A DNA stretch of 64,000 bases, from assembly GCA_028868715.1 (NCBI GenBank), contig JAGWUB010000001.1, positions 119,206-183,205 on the forward strand, read 5' to 3'. Source of the DNA: Patescibacteria group bacterium (lineage in GTDB: Bacteria; Patescibacteriota; Minisyncoccia; Phycocordibacterales; UBA9973). The notes beneath the pieces are model-generated. The model saw only the letters and a program-made list of their open reading frames with translations. It had not been told where the DNA came from and did not search any database. A program made the position numbers and the translations under genes. Shown piece after piece: positions 29,453-39,144 of this stretch (the stretch's first letter is position 1; every line of letters starts with the position of its first letter).

Positions 29453-30280
29453 ATGAAGGAAAAGAAATATGTTTATGTAGCAATGGCTTTATTAGCAGTC
29501 ACAACTTTGATAGGCTCTCTGCCTGTCTTAGCAGACAATAATGATAATACCCAAACAAATAATCCGCCTAGTACTTTTGGAGTGAGGGGGATGATGGAGG
29601 GAAGAGGAGATGGAAGAGAAATGATGAAACCAGCTGTGTACGGTACAGTTTCAGCGATAAGTGTTAACACCATAACCGTAAATAGTATCCGAGGTTTTGG
29701 TACAAATGCAGTTACTACAACTTATACAGTAGACGCAACCAATGCAAAAATCTTCAAAGACAAAGTTGCCGGTACTATCTCCAGCATTGTCGTAGGTGAT
29801 ACTATTGTCGCTCAAGGTACTTTAACTGGAACAAATCTTGTTGCGACAATAATTCGTGACGGTAAATTAAATATGGGTACAATACGTGGTGGTCGTATGG
29901 GTGAAAAAAATGGGTCTAAGGGCACCAACACTCCACTCATCACAGGAAACGGACAACCGATTGTGGCTGGTACAGTGACTGCAATTTCTGGATCAAGTAT
30001 AACGATTACAAATAAAAGTAACGTTACCTATACGATTGATGCAACCAATGCAAAGATCACTAGAGGTCCAAATGTTATTGCAGTTTCAGGTGTCGCGGTA
30101 GGTGATATGGTAATTGCTCAAGGAACAATCAATGGCAACGCTGTTGTTGCGACTAGTGTAATCGATCAAACTAAAATAGCCAATACTAACTCAGGTGATT
30201 CAGGTGAACAATCTGATAAAGGAAAAGGTGGATTTTTTGGAGGCATCGGTTCATTCTTTGCACATCTATTCGGATTCTAA
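29453..30280 (+). CDS. Secreted protein with two roughly 70-aa repeats and a Gly/Phe-rich tail
   Basis: Signal peptide; internal duplication (TYTVDATNAKI...VGD.IVAQGT twice). Confidence 0.55.
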   Translation: MKEKKYVYVAMALLAVTTLIGSLPVLADNNDNTQTNNPPSTFGVRGMMEGRGDGREMMKPAVYGTVSAISVNTITVNSIRGFGTNAVTTTYTVDATNAKIFKDKVAGTISSIVVGDTIVAQGTLTGTNLVATIIRDGKLNMGTIRGGRMGEKNGSKGTNTPLITGNGQPIVAGTVTAISGSSITITNKSNVTYTIDATNAKITRGPNVIAVSGVAVGDMVIAQGTINGNAVVATSVIDQTKIANTNSGDSGEQSDKGKGGFFGGIGSFFAHLFGF

Positions 30281-30300
30281 ATTAATATAACAGAGAACAA

Positions 30301-30327
30301 AAAAACCTCCACGCGGAGGTTTTTTTG
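30301..30327 (+). terminator. Intrinsic terminator (CCTCC-ACGC-GGAGG plus T7)
   Basis: A-run, GC hairpin, T-run. Confidence 0.75.
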
Positions 30328-30397
30328 TTTGGTGGACAGTTCGGTACGCTGTTAAACTATTTTATTGATAAATAAGGCTAAAATTAAGATTGTCGGG

Positions 30398-30931
30398 TTA
30401 AATAATACAAGACTTCACAACTTTAGCAATATTTTCATTCCAATCATGACCAGCATCTACTTCAAGGACTTTAAAACCTTTATTTTTCAATATTTCTACT
30501 GATTTTTTATCACAAAAGTAATTGTCATTTTTACCCCTAATGATTGTAATATTTTCTTTCGGTATTTTTATTATAGTATCCAAAACATCAATATTTAAAA
30601 TTTCCAAAACCCTTTTAATTCCAAATAACCAACTTCTAATTGGAGTTACTTTTCTCCAAGATATGCCTTCCGTGAAAAAGAATTTAAACCATCTTATTAA
30701 AACAAACAAAAAATTTTCCTTTTTAATCAAAGGATTAACCAAAATAAATTTTCCGTTTTTTATTGAATTATAATGAGATAAAATAAAATTTACCCCTCCA
30801 CTATGGCCAATATAATAATCCGCAACGGGCAATTCATCCGGAAAAGATTTTAACCAAATATCTAGACCATCGTAACCTCCATAATTTTTTACATATTGAA
30901 ACGCACCCGGAAAAATAAGAGCTTTCTTCAT
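30398..30931 (-). CDS. Alpha/beta-hydrolase fold protein (putative esterase)
   Basis: GHSGG nucleophile elbow; C-terminal Asp/His candidates. Confidence 0.55.
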   Translation of the reverse strand: MKKALIFPGAFQYVKNYGGYDGLDIWLKSFPDELPVADYYIGHSGGVNFILSHYNSIKNGKFILVNPLIKKENFLFVLIRWFKFFFTEGISWRKVTPIRSWLFGIKRVLEILNIDVLDTIIKIPKENITIIRGKNDNYFCDKKSVEILKNKGFKVLEVDAGHDWNENIAKVVKSCII

Positions 30932-30959
30932 AAATTTATTTTATCATAAAAACCATCTG

Positions 30960-31044
30960 CGGAGGCGGTGAGATTCGAACTCACGGTGCCTTGCGGCACT
31001 CCTGTTTTCAAGACAGGTGCACTAAGCCTCTATGCGACGCCTCC
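30960..31044 (-). tRNA. tRNA-Ser (anticodon TGA), class II with long variable arm
   Basis: Manual fold of the reverse complement: acceptor GGAGGCG/CGCCTCC, 3-bp D-stem with long D-loop, anticodon loop CTTGAAA, long variable arm, T-loop GAGTTCGAATCTC. Confidence 0.85.
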
Positions 31045-31050
31045 ATTTAT

Positions 31051-31302
31051 TTATTTCTTTTTAAACCTAAGCACTTGCTTGAAAAATCTCCAAGCTCCCT
31101 TGAAATCATGTTTTACTTCCACCCAAGGTTTTTTTACAATCTTGAAAATATAAAAGATTTCTAAAATCCCCACAGTGTTTACTAAAAGTAGTACCACAAA
31201 CCATACCTTTTCCTTGCGTTCGCAGGCCAGCCACACCGCGTAAACTTTCCATGGAATAGCCCAAAGAGCCAATATTACTAATATTATATTTAATGTATTC
31301 AT
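31051..31302 (-). CDS. Small membrane protein (2 TM), hypothetical
   Basis: ORF with two hydrophobic helices and a basic tail. Confidence 0.4.
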   Translation of the reverse strand: MNTLNIILVILALWAIPWKVYAVWLACERKEKVWFVVLLLVNTVGILEIFYIFKIVKKPWVEVKHDFKGAWRFFKQVLRFKKK

Positions 31303-31341
31303 AAAAAAATCATATCAGAAAAATGCTTTTTATGCTAGTAT

Positions 31342-31791
31342 GTGACTATGAGAATTCTAGGTATCGATTATGGAACTAAAAGGATCGGTTTGGCGCTAAC
31401 AGATGAAAATAACAGGCTAGCTTTTCCGAAAGAAATCTTGGTTAATGACTCCAATACTTTCAAAAAACTAGAGCAGATTATAAAAGAGGAACAAATTTCA
31501 GAAATTGTGGTCGGCGAATCAGTGGATTTTTCCGGTAAATTAAACGCCTTGTCAGCTAGAATTGAAGTTTTTATCTTAGAACTCGAGGAGAAATTTAGGT
31601 TACCAATTCATAAACAAAAAGAATTTTTAACTTCAGTAGAAGCCAGAAAGTCTGGGGTTAATAAGAAAAGCTTGAGCCCATCACAAGCCCACAGTAAAAT
31701 AAAGCAAATAAAAAGTGGTCGGATAGATGCACAGGCAGCTGCGCTCATCCTACAACGATATTTGGATAAAAAGAACTTAAGTAGTAATTAA
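31342..31791 (+). CDS. ruvX: Putative pre-16S rRNA nuclease / Holliday junction resolvase-like YqgF (RuvX)
   Basis: MRILGIDYGTKRIGLAL N-terminus, RNase H-like fold. Confidence 0.8.
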   Translation: MTMRILGIDYGTKRIGLALTDENNRLAFPKEILVNDSNTFKKLEQIIKEEQISEIVVGESVDFSGKLNALSARIEVFILELEEKFRLPIHKQKEFLTSVEARKSGVNKKSLSPSQAHSKIKQIKSGRIDAQAAALILQRYLDKKNLSSN

Positions 31792-31840
31792 GCAAGGTAA
31801 AACGATAGCAAGAAATAGGATAGTATCGTATAATATAACC

Positions 31841-32935
31841 ATGTTTAAGAATTCATTTGATAAACTTTTTCTTAGATTTTTTCCTGTACCGAAGTTTTTT
31901 GTAGCACCTTCCTTTGGCTTAGATATTTCCGATGAGTCCTTAAAATTTACTGAGCTGACTATATCAAAAAATGGTATTAAACTAGGAAGATATGGAGAGC
32001 GTAAAATACCATTAGGAATAATTGAGTCTGGTAAAATAAAAGATCCAAAACGAATGGTAGAAGTTCTATCAGCGCTTAGAAAAGAAGAAGGCTTAAGGTC
32101 TGTACGTGTTTCTTTACCTGAAGAGCAAGTATATCTTTTTAGACTTAGCCTAGACAAAGCTGGTTTAGACAATGTTCGCGAGGCCATCGAGCTCTCTCTA
32201 GAGGAGCATATTCCAATATCAGCTGAAGATGCTATCTTTGACTATGAATTCTTAAGTGAGGATGAACAAAAAATAGAACTTCAAATCGCAGCTATTCCCA
32301 AAAATATAATTGAAAATTACCTATTAGTTTTTAGAGATTCTGCAATAACAGTTCAGTCTTTTGAGCTGGAAGCACAAGCCATTTCTCGGGCAGTTGTTAA
32401 AAAAGGGGATATGAATACTTACATGATTGTAGACTTTGGACAAACTCGCACTGGTATCTTTATCGTATCAAAAGGAGTGGTGACATTTACTTCCACGTTG
32501 GATGTCGGAGGAGTGACACTAAATAATATGATTGCAAAAAATTTCAAAATAAGTCCCGAAGAAGCAAAGCAAATGAAACAGCAGTATGGTTTACAGCGAA
32601 ATATCGCCAACAAAGAAATATTCGCTGTACTTTTAAATAGTGTCTCAGTTTTGCGCGATGAAATAGTTAAACACTTCTTGTATTGGAATACGCACAAAGA
32701 TGAAGCGGGTAACAATAATCCGCCTATTAAAAAAATTATTCTTTGTGGTGGTGATGCAAACTTGATCGGGTTGGCTGATTACTTGTCCGTGAGTATGAAA
32801 AGTCCAGTGGAAATGGCCAATGTTTGGATTAATATAGTGAATACAGAAGAGTACACACCCAAAATAAGCTTTAGACAAGCTCTTTATTTTGCCACAGCTC
32901 TAGGACTGGCCTTGGGAGATTTTGAGGAGAAATAA
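31841..32935 (+). CDS. pilM: Type IV pilus assembly protein PilM
   Basis: Actin/FtsA-like ATPase fold, PilM-type N-terminus, IVDFGQTRTGI phosphate motif. Confidence 0.8.
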   Translation: MFKNSFDKLFLRFFPVPKFFVAPSFGLDISDESLKFTELTISKNGIKLGRYGERKIPLGIIESGKIKDPKRMVEVLSALRKEEGLRSVRVSLPEEQVYLFRLSLDKAGLDNVREAIELSLEEHIPISAEDAIFDYEFLSEDEQKIELQIAAIPKNIIENYLLVFRDSAITVQSFELEAQAISRAVVKKGDMNTYMIVDFGQTRTGIFIVSKGVVTFTSTLDVGGVTLNNMIAKNFKISPEEAKQMKQQYGLQRNIANKEIFAVLLNSVSVLRDEIVKHFLYWNTHKDEAGNNNPPIKKIILCGGDANLIGLADYLSVSMKSPVEMANVWINIVNTEEYTPKISFRQALYFATALGLALGDFEEK

Positions 32936-32946
32936 TTTAAATTCAT

Positions 32947-33489
32947 ATGATTAATTTAATTCCAAATCAAGAAAAGAAAAAAATGATCAAGGGTTTTTAT
33001 TATCGACTCACAATTTTATCTTTATTGATGCTCTCTGTTTCTATTTTTATTGCCATTCTTTCACTTATGCCGGCGTATTTTTTTTCTAGTTCCAGAAACA
33101 ACATTGCTAACCAAAAATTAGAAATACAAAAAAAAGAATTATTACCCTTGGTGGACCAACAAACTTCAGTAATCATAAACGACATAAATAAGAAGCTCAC
33201 TTTGGTTGAAAAAGCCGAGAAGAATAAATATTCTGTTTCTGAAAGAGTGATAAATGCTATTTTCCTGAAAAAAATTTCTAGTATCAAAATCACCCAAATT
33301 ACTTATCAAAACAATTTGCTTGATGGGAAGAAAATAAATATTAGTGGCACCGCACCATCCAGAGAAGTTTTACTCTTATTTCGCCAGGCGCTAGAAGAAG
33401 ATCCTTCTTTCAAGAGTGTTAACTTACCAATTTCAAATTTTGTCAAAGGTTCTGATATCCAATTTTACTTAAGTTTAATTCCTGTATAA
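32947..33489 (+). CDS. pilN: Type IV pilus assembly protein PilN
   Basis: MINLIPN signature, single N-terminal TM. Confidence 0.7.
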   Translation: MINLIPNQEKKKMIKGFYYRLTILSLLMLSVSIFIAILSLMPAYFFSSSRNNIANQKLEIQKKELLPLVDQQTSVIINDINKKLTLVEKAEKNKYSVSERVINAIFLKKISSIKITQITYQNNLLDGKKINISGTAPSREVLLLFRQALEEDPSFKSVNLPISNFVKGSDIQFYLSLIPV

Positions 33490-33490
33490 T

Positions 33491-34066
33491 ATGAAAAATA
33501 ATTTTAAAATAATACAGTTACTGCTCTCTATGATACTTTTTTTGTTCGCATCTTTTGCTCTTTTTCTTTTATATAGAGAAATAAATTTAAATAATCAAAA
33601 AGCAACTATGTCTACTACAGAATTAGAAAATGAAACCAGTAGACGCAACGAAGTAAAGCTACTCAATGATTCAATTGAGGTAATTAAAGAAGATAAATCT
33701 TTACTGGAGACGCATTTTGCACAGAGTTCTGATGTGGTGCCCTTCTTAGATACGATAGAAGCGCTCGGCCCGATGGTGGGAGTTAAGGCCCAAACTACTT
33801 CGGTTGATATTTTAAAAGACAATACTGGACTGGTGGTTAAAATAAGTGCCTCAGGTGATTTTAAAAATATTTATAAATTTCTGACTCTCTTAGAAAATTC
33901 ACCATATGAGCTTGAAATTACTTCAATGGATTTACAAAAAGAAGCAAGTACTATTGTACCCGTAGACCCTACAGCACCTCAGGACTCAAAACCAGTAATA
34001 GCTTTACCCCAAGAGTCAAAATGGCAGGCTGTATTTGGAATAAAACTTTTAAGCTTCGTTCAATAA
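33491..34066 (+). CDS. pilO: Type IV pilus assembly protein PilO-like
   Basis: N-terminal TM plus coiled coil; position after pilN with a 1-nt gap. Confidence 0.6.
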   Translation: MKNNFKIIQLLLSMILFLFASFALFLLYREINLNNQKATMSTTELENETSRRNEVKLLNDSIEVIKEDKSLLETHFAQSSDVVPFLDTIEALGPMVGVKAQTTSVDILKDNTGLVVKISASGDFKNIYKFLTLLENSPYELEITSMDLQKEASTIVPVDPTAPQDSKPVIALPQESKWQAVFGIKLLSFVQ

Positions 34067-34072
34067 AATCAA

Positions 34073-34378
34073 ATGAAAATCAATTTTTTAAAACCTAAAA
34101 AGAATTTCAAGAAAAAAAATTTAGAGCTTAATTCAAATTTTTATTGGAAAATTATTATGTTTTCAGTATTCATTTTAACCGCCGTTTCTTTTGTTTTTGG
34201 GTATTATATGTTTGTGCAAGTGAAAGATGAGGCAAGTTCTTCGGCTGGAAACGTCAACCAGAAACAACCAATAGAAAAACAGAGGCTGGAAAAAGTTTTA
34301 GATATTTTCTCTGCGCGAGAAAAAAAATCAAATGAAATATTAAATTCTCCGGCCCCAGTCGTTGACCCATCGCTCTAA
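34073..34378 (+). CDS. Small membrane protein, possible pilus-assembly accessory (PilP-like position)
   Basis: Single TM, follows pilMNO. Confidence 0.4.
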   Translation: MKINFLKPKKNFKKKNLELNSNFYWKIIMFSVFILTAVSFVFGYYMFVQVKDEASSSAGNVNQKQPIEKQRLEKVLDIFSAREKKSNEILNSPAPVVDPSL

Positions 34379-34400
34379 ACATGTTAATTTAAGGTTACTT

Positions 34401-34473
34401 GCGCGGTTAGCTCAGTTGGTAGAGCAACTCTTTTACACAGAGAAGGTCGTAGGTTCAAGTCCTACACCGCGCA
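34401..34473 (+). tRNA. tRNA-Val (anticodon TAC)
   Basis: Manual cloverleaf: acceptor GCGCGGT/ACCGCGC, anticodon loop TTTACAC, T-loop GGTTCAAGTCC. Confidence 0.9.
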
Positions 34474-34481
34474 CTAGAAAT

Positions 34482-35219
34482 ATGAACTTAAAGATTGCGA
34501 CGTATAACATAAAACACGGGCTCAAGTTGGCGAAAATTATAGAAAATATGCAGGAGCTTTCAGCTTCTGGGGTTATGGTTTTCTGCTTGCAAGAAATGCG
34601 CGAATCTAACAAAAAAGAGCCTTCAGTCTTGGGAGCTTGCCTCAAAGCTTTGGGTGAAGGCTGGGAACATGAAACATTTCTAGAACCTCATAGTATAAAT
34701 TTTGGGCTATGCTTCATCTGGAGAGCCGATGTGTTGAAGGTAAAAAAATTAGAAAAGCTTGTTCTGCCTAAAATTCCTAAATTTAATATAAGAGTCATTG
34801 CTAAGAAAATCAAAAAAATAATTGATAGAGGCGCATTGATTGGAACTTTTGAGATGAATGGTAAATTAATTAGAATAAGCAATATCCACCTAGATTGTCA
34901 TGGCCAATTTGCGCAAAGAGAAAGACAACTAAAGGCTCTGGTTGATTATTTAAAGTCTAATTCTTCAATAGATAAGGAAATTATTTGTGGCGACTTTAAT
35001 ACTATTGGAATGGAAGCTTTGTCAAAAAAACAAGAAAAGAAAATACTAGATATATTGGGCCCTAATTTTATTAATGCTCACCCGCGCAGTACTCCAACGT
35101 TTCATTTACTACAACGCTTAGACTACATATTCGTAAAAAATATTAAAGTAAAAAAAGCTGAAGTATTAAAACTAAAAGGTTCGGATCATCGACCGATCAT
35201 AGCTAGTTTAGAAATATAA
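34482..35219 (+). CDS. Endonuclease/exonuclease/phosphatase (EEP) family protein
   Basis: YNIKHG N-terminus; C-terminal GSDHRPI catalytic motif. The annotated ORF starting at 34362 reads through tRNA-Val, so the start was moved to the Met at 34482. Confidence 0.7.
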   Translation: MNLKIATYNIKHGLKLAKIIENMQELSASGVMVFCLQEMRESNKKEPSVLGACLKALGEGWEHETFLEPHSINFGLCFIWRADVLKVKKLEKLVLPKIPKFNIRVIAKKIKKIIDRGALIGTFEMNGKLIRISNIHLDCHGQFAQRERQLKALVDYLKSNSSIDKEIICGDFNTIGMEALSKKQEKKILDILGPNFINAHPRSTPTFHLLQRLDYIFVKNIKVKKAEVLKLKGSDHRPIIASLEI

Positions 35220-35281
35220 TTTATTTTTTTGGTAAAAAGGACTGTTTGTAGTATATTGAATATGTTTATGTTCAATAATCT

Positions 35282-35356
35282 GCCCTTGTAGTTCAATGGA
35301 TAGAACGAAGCTCTTCTAAGGCTTTGATGTAGGTTCGATTCCTACCAAGGGCACCA
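35282..35356 (+). tRNA. tRNA-Arg (anticodon TCT), CCA encoded
   Basis: Manual cloverleaf: acceptor GCCCTTG/CAAGGGC, anticodon loop CTTCTAA, T-loop GGTTCGATTCC. Confidence 0.9.
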
Positions 35357-35361
35357 ACCAG

Positions 35362-36069
35362 ATGGCAAATAGCATCAAAATTTTATATGAGGATAAAGAT
35401 ATTTTAGCCATAGATAAACCTGCGGGTATTGCCGTGCACCCCGACGGAAGGAGTAAAGAAAAGACAATTACTGATTGGATTTTGAAAAACTACCCGAAAA
35501 TGAAAAACGTGGGTGAACCCATGGGGGAAATAAAAAGACCAGGGATAGTGCACAGGTTAGATAAAGATACTTCTGGTGTTTTACTTTTGGCAAAAAATCA
35601 AAAAGCATATGAATTTCTAAAAGGACAATTTAAAAATCGTGAAGTTAAAAAAACATACAATGCTATTGTGAATGGGTGGTTCAAGGAAGACAGGGGAGTA
35701 ATAAATAAACCAATCGGCCGAAGTCCGTCAGATTTTAGAAAATATTCTGCCAGCCGTGGGGCGCGAGGCGAGATGCGGGAGGCCATTACTCGATATAAAG
35801 TTTTAAAAAGATTTAATGAAGGAAAACTTCACAAATATACTTTCTTAGAAGTATATCCAAAAACTGGCCGAACCCATCAGATCCGGGTGCACCTGAAAGC
35901 CGTAGATCATCCGGTAGTTTGTGATTCATTATATAACCCAAAAGGTTCTTGTCCAAAGAGTATCACTCGCATGGCACTTCATGCAAAAGCCATTGAATTT
36001 AAAGACTCAAAAGGCAAAATCATAAAAGTGGAATCGCTTTTGCCTGCAGAGTGGAGAGGCATTGAGTAA
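35362..36069 (+). CDS. RluA-family pseudouridine synthase
   Basis: HRLDKDTSGVLLLAK catalytic motif. Confidence 0.85.
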   Translation: MANSIKILYEDKDILAIDKPAGIAVHPDGRSKEKTITDWILKNYPKMKNVGEPMGEIKRPGIVHRLDKDTSGVLLLAKNQKAYEFLKGQFKNREVKKTYNAIVNGWFKEDRGVINKPIGRSPSDFRKYSASRGARGEMREAITRYKVLKRFNEGKLHKYTFLEVYPKTGRTHQIRVHLKAVDHPVVCDSLYNPKGSCPKSITRMALHAKAIEFKDSKGKIIKVESLLPAEWRGIE

Positions 36070-36127
36070 ATCTAGTAAAGTGATATCATTTTATATAAAG
36101 GTCGTAATCTAATTTATGTAAAATTAT

Positions 36128-36433
36128 ATGATTTTCATATATACAACCTGTTCAAACGAGAAAGAGGCAAAAAAGCTTGGTAACTCAATGATTACCAAAA
36201 AAATGGCAGCGTGTGTTGATTTCTGGCCAGTTCAATCTTGCTATCATTGGGACAAAGAACTTAAATGTGTTTCTCAATTTATGATTATTGTCACGACCTT
36301 TGAAACAAAAATTGAGGAAGTGAATGAACTTATTTCTAAAAATCATAGCTACAGTGTTCCTTTAATTGCTGGGGTAGATGTTCGTCGAATTAATCGATCT
36401 TATAAAGAATGGATGATGAAGGAAGTACCATAA
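36128..36433 (+). CDS. cutA: Divalent-cation tolerance protein CutA
   Basis: Roughly 100 aa, CutA1 pattern (YTTCS...AAC...YxW.G). Confidence 0.7.
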   Translation: MIFIYTTCSNEKEAKKLGNSMITKKMAACVDFWPVQSCYHWDKELKCVSQFMIIVTTFETKIEEVNELISKNHSYSVPLIAGVDVRRINRSYKEWMMKEVP

Positions 36434-36500
36434 TATTCAAAAATCGTCCAAGATACAAAATTAATTGCCTTAAAAATTTTTTTATGGTAAAGTTCTTTCA

Positions 36501-36911
36501 ATGAAAATCAGTAACACAAAACTTACCCCAGTGGACATAGAAGCCCGCAAGAAACTCGACTTTAAAGCCGGAGACACTATTCGTGTCTGGTCCAAAATTA
36601 AAGATGAAAAAGGCAAATTTCGCTTGCAGGCCTTTGAGGGCATAGTTCTCGCTCGTAAACACGGTACAGAAATTGGTGCTACTTTTACCGTAAGGAAAGT
36701 CGCTTCAGGGGTAGGAGTTGAAAGAATTTTTCCAATTTACTCTCCAATGATAGATAAGATTGAAATAGTTAAGAGATCTCGCGCTCGCCGATCAAAGCTA
36801 TATTATATTCGCACTAAAGCGGTCAAAGATATTCGCCGAAAAATGCGTTCAGTGGTACCTCAAGCTGAAGGTAAGGCAGAAGCTGAAGAAGCAGTTGCTG
36901 TAGAAATCTAA
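36501..36911 (+). CDS. rplS: 50S ribosomal protein L19 with a C-terminal Ala/Glu-rich extension
   Basis: L19 core (GDTIRV...RLQAFEG...RK) plus extra tail. Confidence 0.9.
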   Translation: MKISNTKLTPVDIEARKKLDFKAGDTIRVWSKIKDEKGKFRLQAFEGIVLARKHGTEIGATFTVRKVASGVGVERIFPIYSPMIDKIEIVKRSRARRSKLYYIRTKAVKDIRRKMRSVVPQAEGKAEAEEAVAVEI

Positions 36912-36956
36912 ATAAAATTTGTTTATAGTGTTTGTTTATTGTTATAATTCTATTAT

Positions 36957-37040
36957 GCCCAGGTGGCGAAACTGGTAGACGTACTACCTTGAGGTGGTAG
37001 CGCCCGCAAGGGCATGGGAGTTCAAATCTCCCCCTGGGCA
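36957..37040 (+). tRNA. tRNA-Leu (anticodon GAG), class II
   Basis: Manual cloverleaf: long variable arm, anticodon loop TTGAGGT, T-loop GAGTTCAAATCTC. Confidence 0.85.
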
Positions 37041-37050
37041 CACATAACTT

Positions 37051-37458
37051 ATGGACAATAAAAATATTCCAACTGAAGAAGAATTGAAGAATAAATTAGA
37101 CAAAGAACAGTACAGAGTTCTAAGGGAAAAGGGAACTGAAGCCCCTTTTTCTGGTAAATATTTAAATGAAAAAAGATCTGGAACTTACACATGTGTTGTT
37201 TGCGACAATCCCTTATTTCCATCTACCGCTAAGTTTGATTCTAGTATTTCTGGGCTAGCTGGTTGGCCTTCATTTGACCAGGCATTACCTGGAGCTATTA
37301 AATTTCAGAAGGACTTATCTTATAACATGGAACGCACCGAAGTTCTCTGCGCCAAGTGTAATTCTCACCTGGGGCATGTCTTTGATGATGAATCGGCAAA
37401 GACGGGAAAGCATTACTGTCTGAATTCTATTTGCTTAAATTTAAAAGAAGAAAAATAG
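37051..37458 (+). CDS. msrB: Peptide methionine-(R)-sulfoxide reductase MsrB
   Basis: Two CxxC zinc motifs, catalytic RCxxHLGHVF. Confidence 0.9.
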   Translation: MDNKNIPTEEELKNKLDKEQYRVLREKGTEAPFSGKYLNEKRSGTYTCVVCDNPLFPSTAKFDSSISGLAGWPSFDQALPGAIKFQKDLSYNMERTEVLCAKCNSHLGHVFDDESAKTGKHYCLNSICLNLKEEK

Positions 37459-37474
37459 ATCGTATAATTACCAT

Positions 37475-37909
37475 ATGCAATTCACAAGTGAAGTATTAAT
37501 AAAAATAGCTATTTTTATTTTAGGTCTGTGTGGTTTTTTAGTAGCAAAACATATCTACAACCACAAAACAAAAAATACACCGCTTATTTGTCCAGCTAGA
37601 TTTGATTGTCATGCGGTGGTCCACAGTGATTATTCTAGATTTCTAGGTATAAGGGTGGAGATTTTAGGTATGTGTTATTACGCCTTTACAGTTGTTGCGT
37701 ATGCTGTATTTATTTTTAAGTCAGAACTTTTATTTTTTGGTCACGCTGACCTGATTAATATATTTTTTTTCTCCTTGTCATTGGCAGCCTTCCTTTTTTC
37801 CACCTATCTGATTGCTGTACAAATTTTTATATTAAAAAAAGGTTGCTCTTGGTGTATAGTCTCAGCCTTTATTTGTCTTTGTATTTTTATACTAACTGTG
37901 ATTAAATAG
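37475..37909 (+). CDS. Vitamin K epoxide reductase (VKOR) family membrane protein
   Basis: Four TM; loop Cys pair (CPARFDC) and CSWC active site. Confidence 0.7.
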   Translation: MQFTSEVLIKIAIFILGLCGFLVAKHIYNHKTKNTPLICPARFDCHAVVHSDYSRFLGIRVEILGMCYYAFTVVAYAVFIFKSELLFFGHADLINIFFFSLSLAAFLFSTYLIAVQIFILKKGCSWCIVSAFICLCIFILTVIK

Positions 37910-37918
37910 CTAGTACAT

Positions 37919-37991
37919 GGTGCCCATGGTGTAACGGTTAACACGGAGGTTTGTGGAACCTTCGATTCGGGTTCAATTCCCGATGGGCACC
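37919..37991 (+). tRNA. tRNA-His (anticodon GTG) with genome-encoded G-1
   Basis: Manual cloverleaf: G-1:C73 pair, anticodon loop TTGTGGA, T-loop GGGTTCAATTCCC. Confidence 0.9.
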
Positions 37992-37995
37992 CATT

Positions 37996-38388
37996 TTATT
38001 TTCTTTCTATCTCTCCATCTATATGGTCTAGTTTTTTCTCTAACCTTGTCAGAGTATTTTGTAGATTTTTTATTTGAGTTTCTTCTGTTTCTATTTCTCC
38101 CTCCTCTTTTTCTTCAAGTTTTTTCTCTCCAACCAAACCAGAAATAATAAGTTTGTTACCAATAAATTCTGCAACAAAAACTCCGATAATAATTAGGATT
38201 ATCGATCCAGAAATTAGAGATATTAAACTACCCAGATTAATTTCGTCGGCGATATGCCATACTCCACGCCAAAATAATACTATCCCTATACCGCCGATAA
38301 ATGCATACAGGATGGGATAGTGGCTCAATTTACCCCTTATCCTATATTCCAACCTATCAAAAGATTTTACAATTTTTCTTGCGAACAT
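37996..38388 (-). CDS. Hypothetical membrane protein with an acidic coiled-coil C-terminus
   Basis: Two TM helices then EEKEEGEIETEE and a heptad region. Confidence 0.4.
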   Translation of the reverse strand: MFARKIVKSFDRLEYRIRGKLSHYPILYAFIGGIGIVLFWRGVWHIADEINLGSLISLISGSIILIIIGVFVAEFIGNKLIISGLVGEKKLEEKEEGEIETEETQIKNLQNTLTRLEKKLDHIDGEIERK

Positions 38389-38496
38389 TTTTTAATTATA
38401 GCAACAAATAAGTAGTATATCCAAGTTTGCCTATTTTTCAGTTTTGGGTCGAAGTCCAGATAGCAATCCACATACATTAATAGTAGAATTATCAGC

Positions 38497-39075
38497 ATGG
38501 AGGGGGGAAATGAAAATTTGATAAAAGTTTTGCAGGATAATGGCGTGGTAGTTATGCCCACAGATACCTTATACGGTATCGTGGGTAAAGCACTCAGCTC
38601 TGACGCCGTTGAGCGTATATATGTCATAAGAAAAAGAGCACCTCAAAAACCATGCATAATATTAATAGGAGAGATAAATGAACTTGAAAAATTTTCTATA
38701 ACTCTTTCTTCGGAACAAAAAGAAAAATTAAAAGAATACTGGTCCTTCGATAATCTAGAAGATAGACCTGCTCCGATTAGTATTGTGCTGGATTGCCCCA
38801 ATGATAGATTCACATATTTACATCGGGGCACTAATACTTTAGCTTTTAGGTTGCCTTACCAGAAAGAGCTTCAAAATTTACTTTTAAAAACTGGACCACT
38901 GATTGCTCCTTCTGCCAACCTAGAAGGCTTACCTCCAGCTCGGAATATTTTTGAAGCGAAAGAATATTTTGGAAATTTAATTAACCTGTACATAGATGGC
39001 GGAGAGTTAAACGGTAAGGCGTCTAAAGTTATTAAATTGCATAAAGATGGTTCGGTGACTATAATTCGTGAGTGA
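38497..39075 (+). CDS. tsaC: L-threonylcarbamoyladenylate synthase (YrdC/Sua5/TsaC family)
   Basis: YrdC-fold motifs (PTDTLYGI; KxR...P). Confidence 0.8.
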   Translation: MEGGNENLIKVLQDNGVVVMPTDTLYGIVGKALSSDAVERIYVIRKRAPQKPCIILIGEINELEKFSITLSSEQKEKLKEYWSFDNLEDRPAPISIVLDCPNDRFTYLHRGTNTLAFRLPYQKELQNLLLKTGPLIAPSANLEGLPPARNIFEAKEYFGNLINLYIDGGELNGKASKVIKLHKDGSVTIIRE

Positions 39076-39144
39076 GAATAATAAGTTAACTTAATTAAAC
39101 GAGTAAATAATGTAATTATATTGTATTCGTTATATACTTAGGGA

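Noticed and set aside
30968-31153. 61-aa plus-strand ORF
   Set aside because: Overlaps the tRNA-Ser gene on the opposite strand. An artefact of tRNA sequence.
34362-34481. N-terminal extension of the EEP-family ORF
   Set aside because: The extension reads straight through tRNA-Val (34401-34473). The true start is the Met at 34482.
36823-37041. 72-aa minus-strand ORF
   Set aside because: Antisense to the rplS 3' end and to tRNA-Leu. Spurious.
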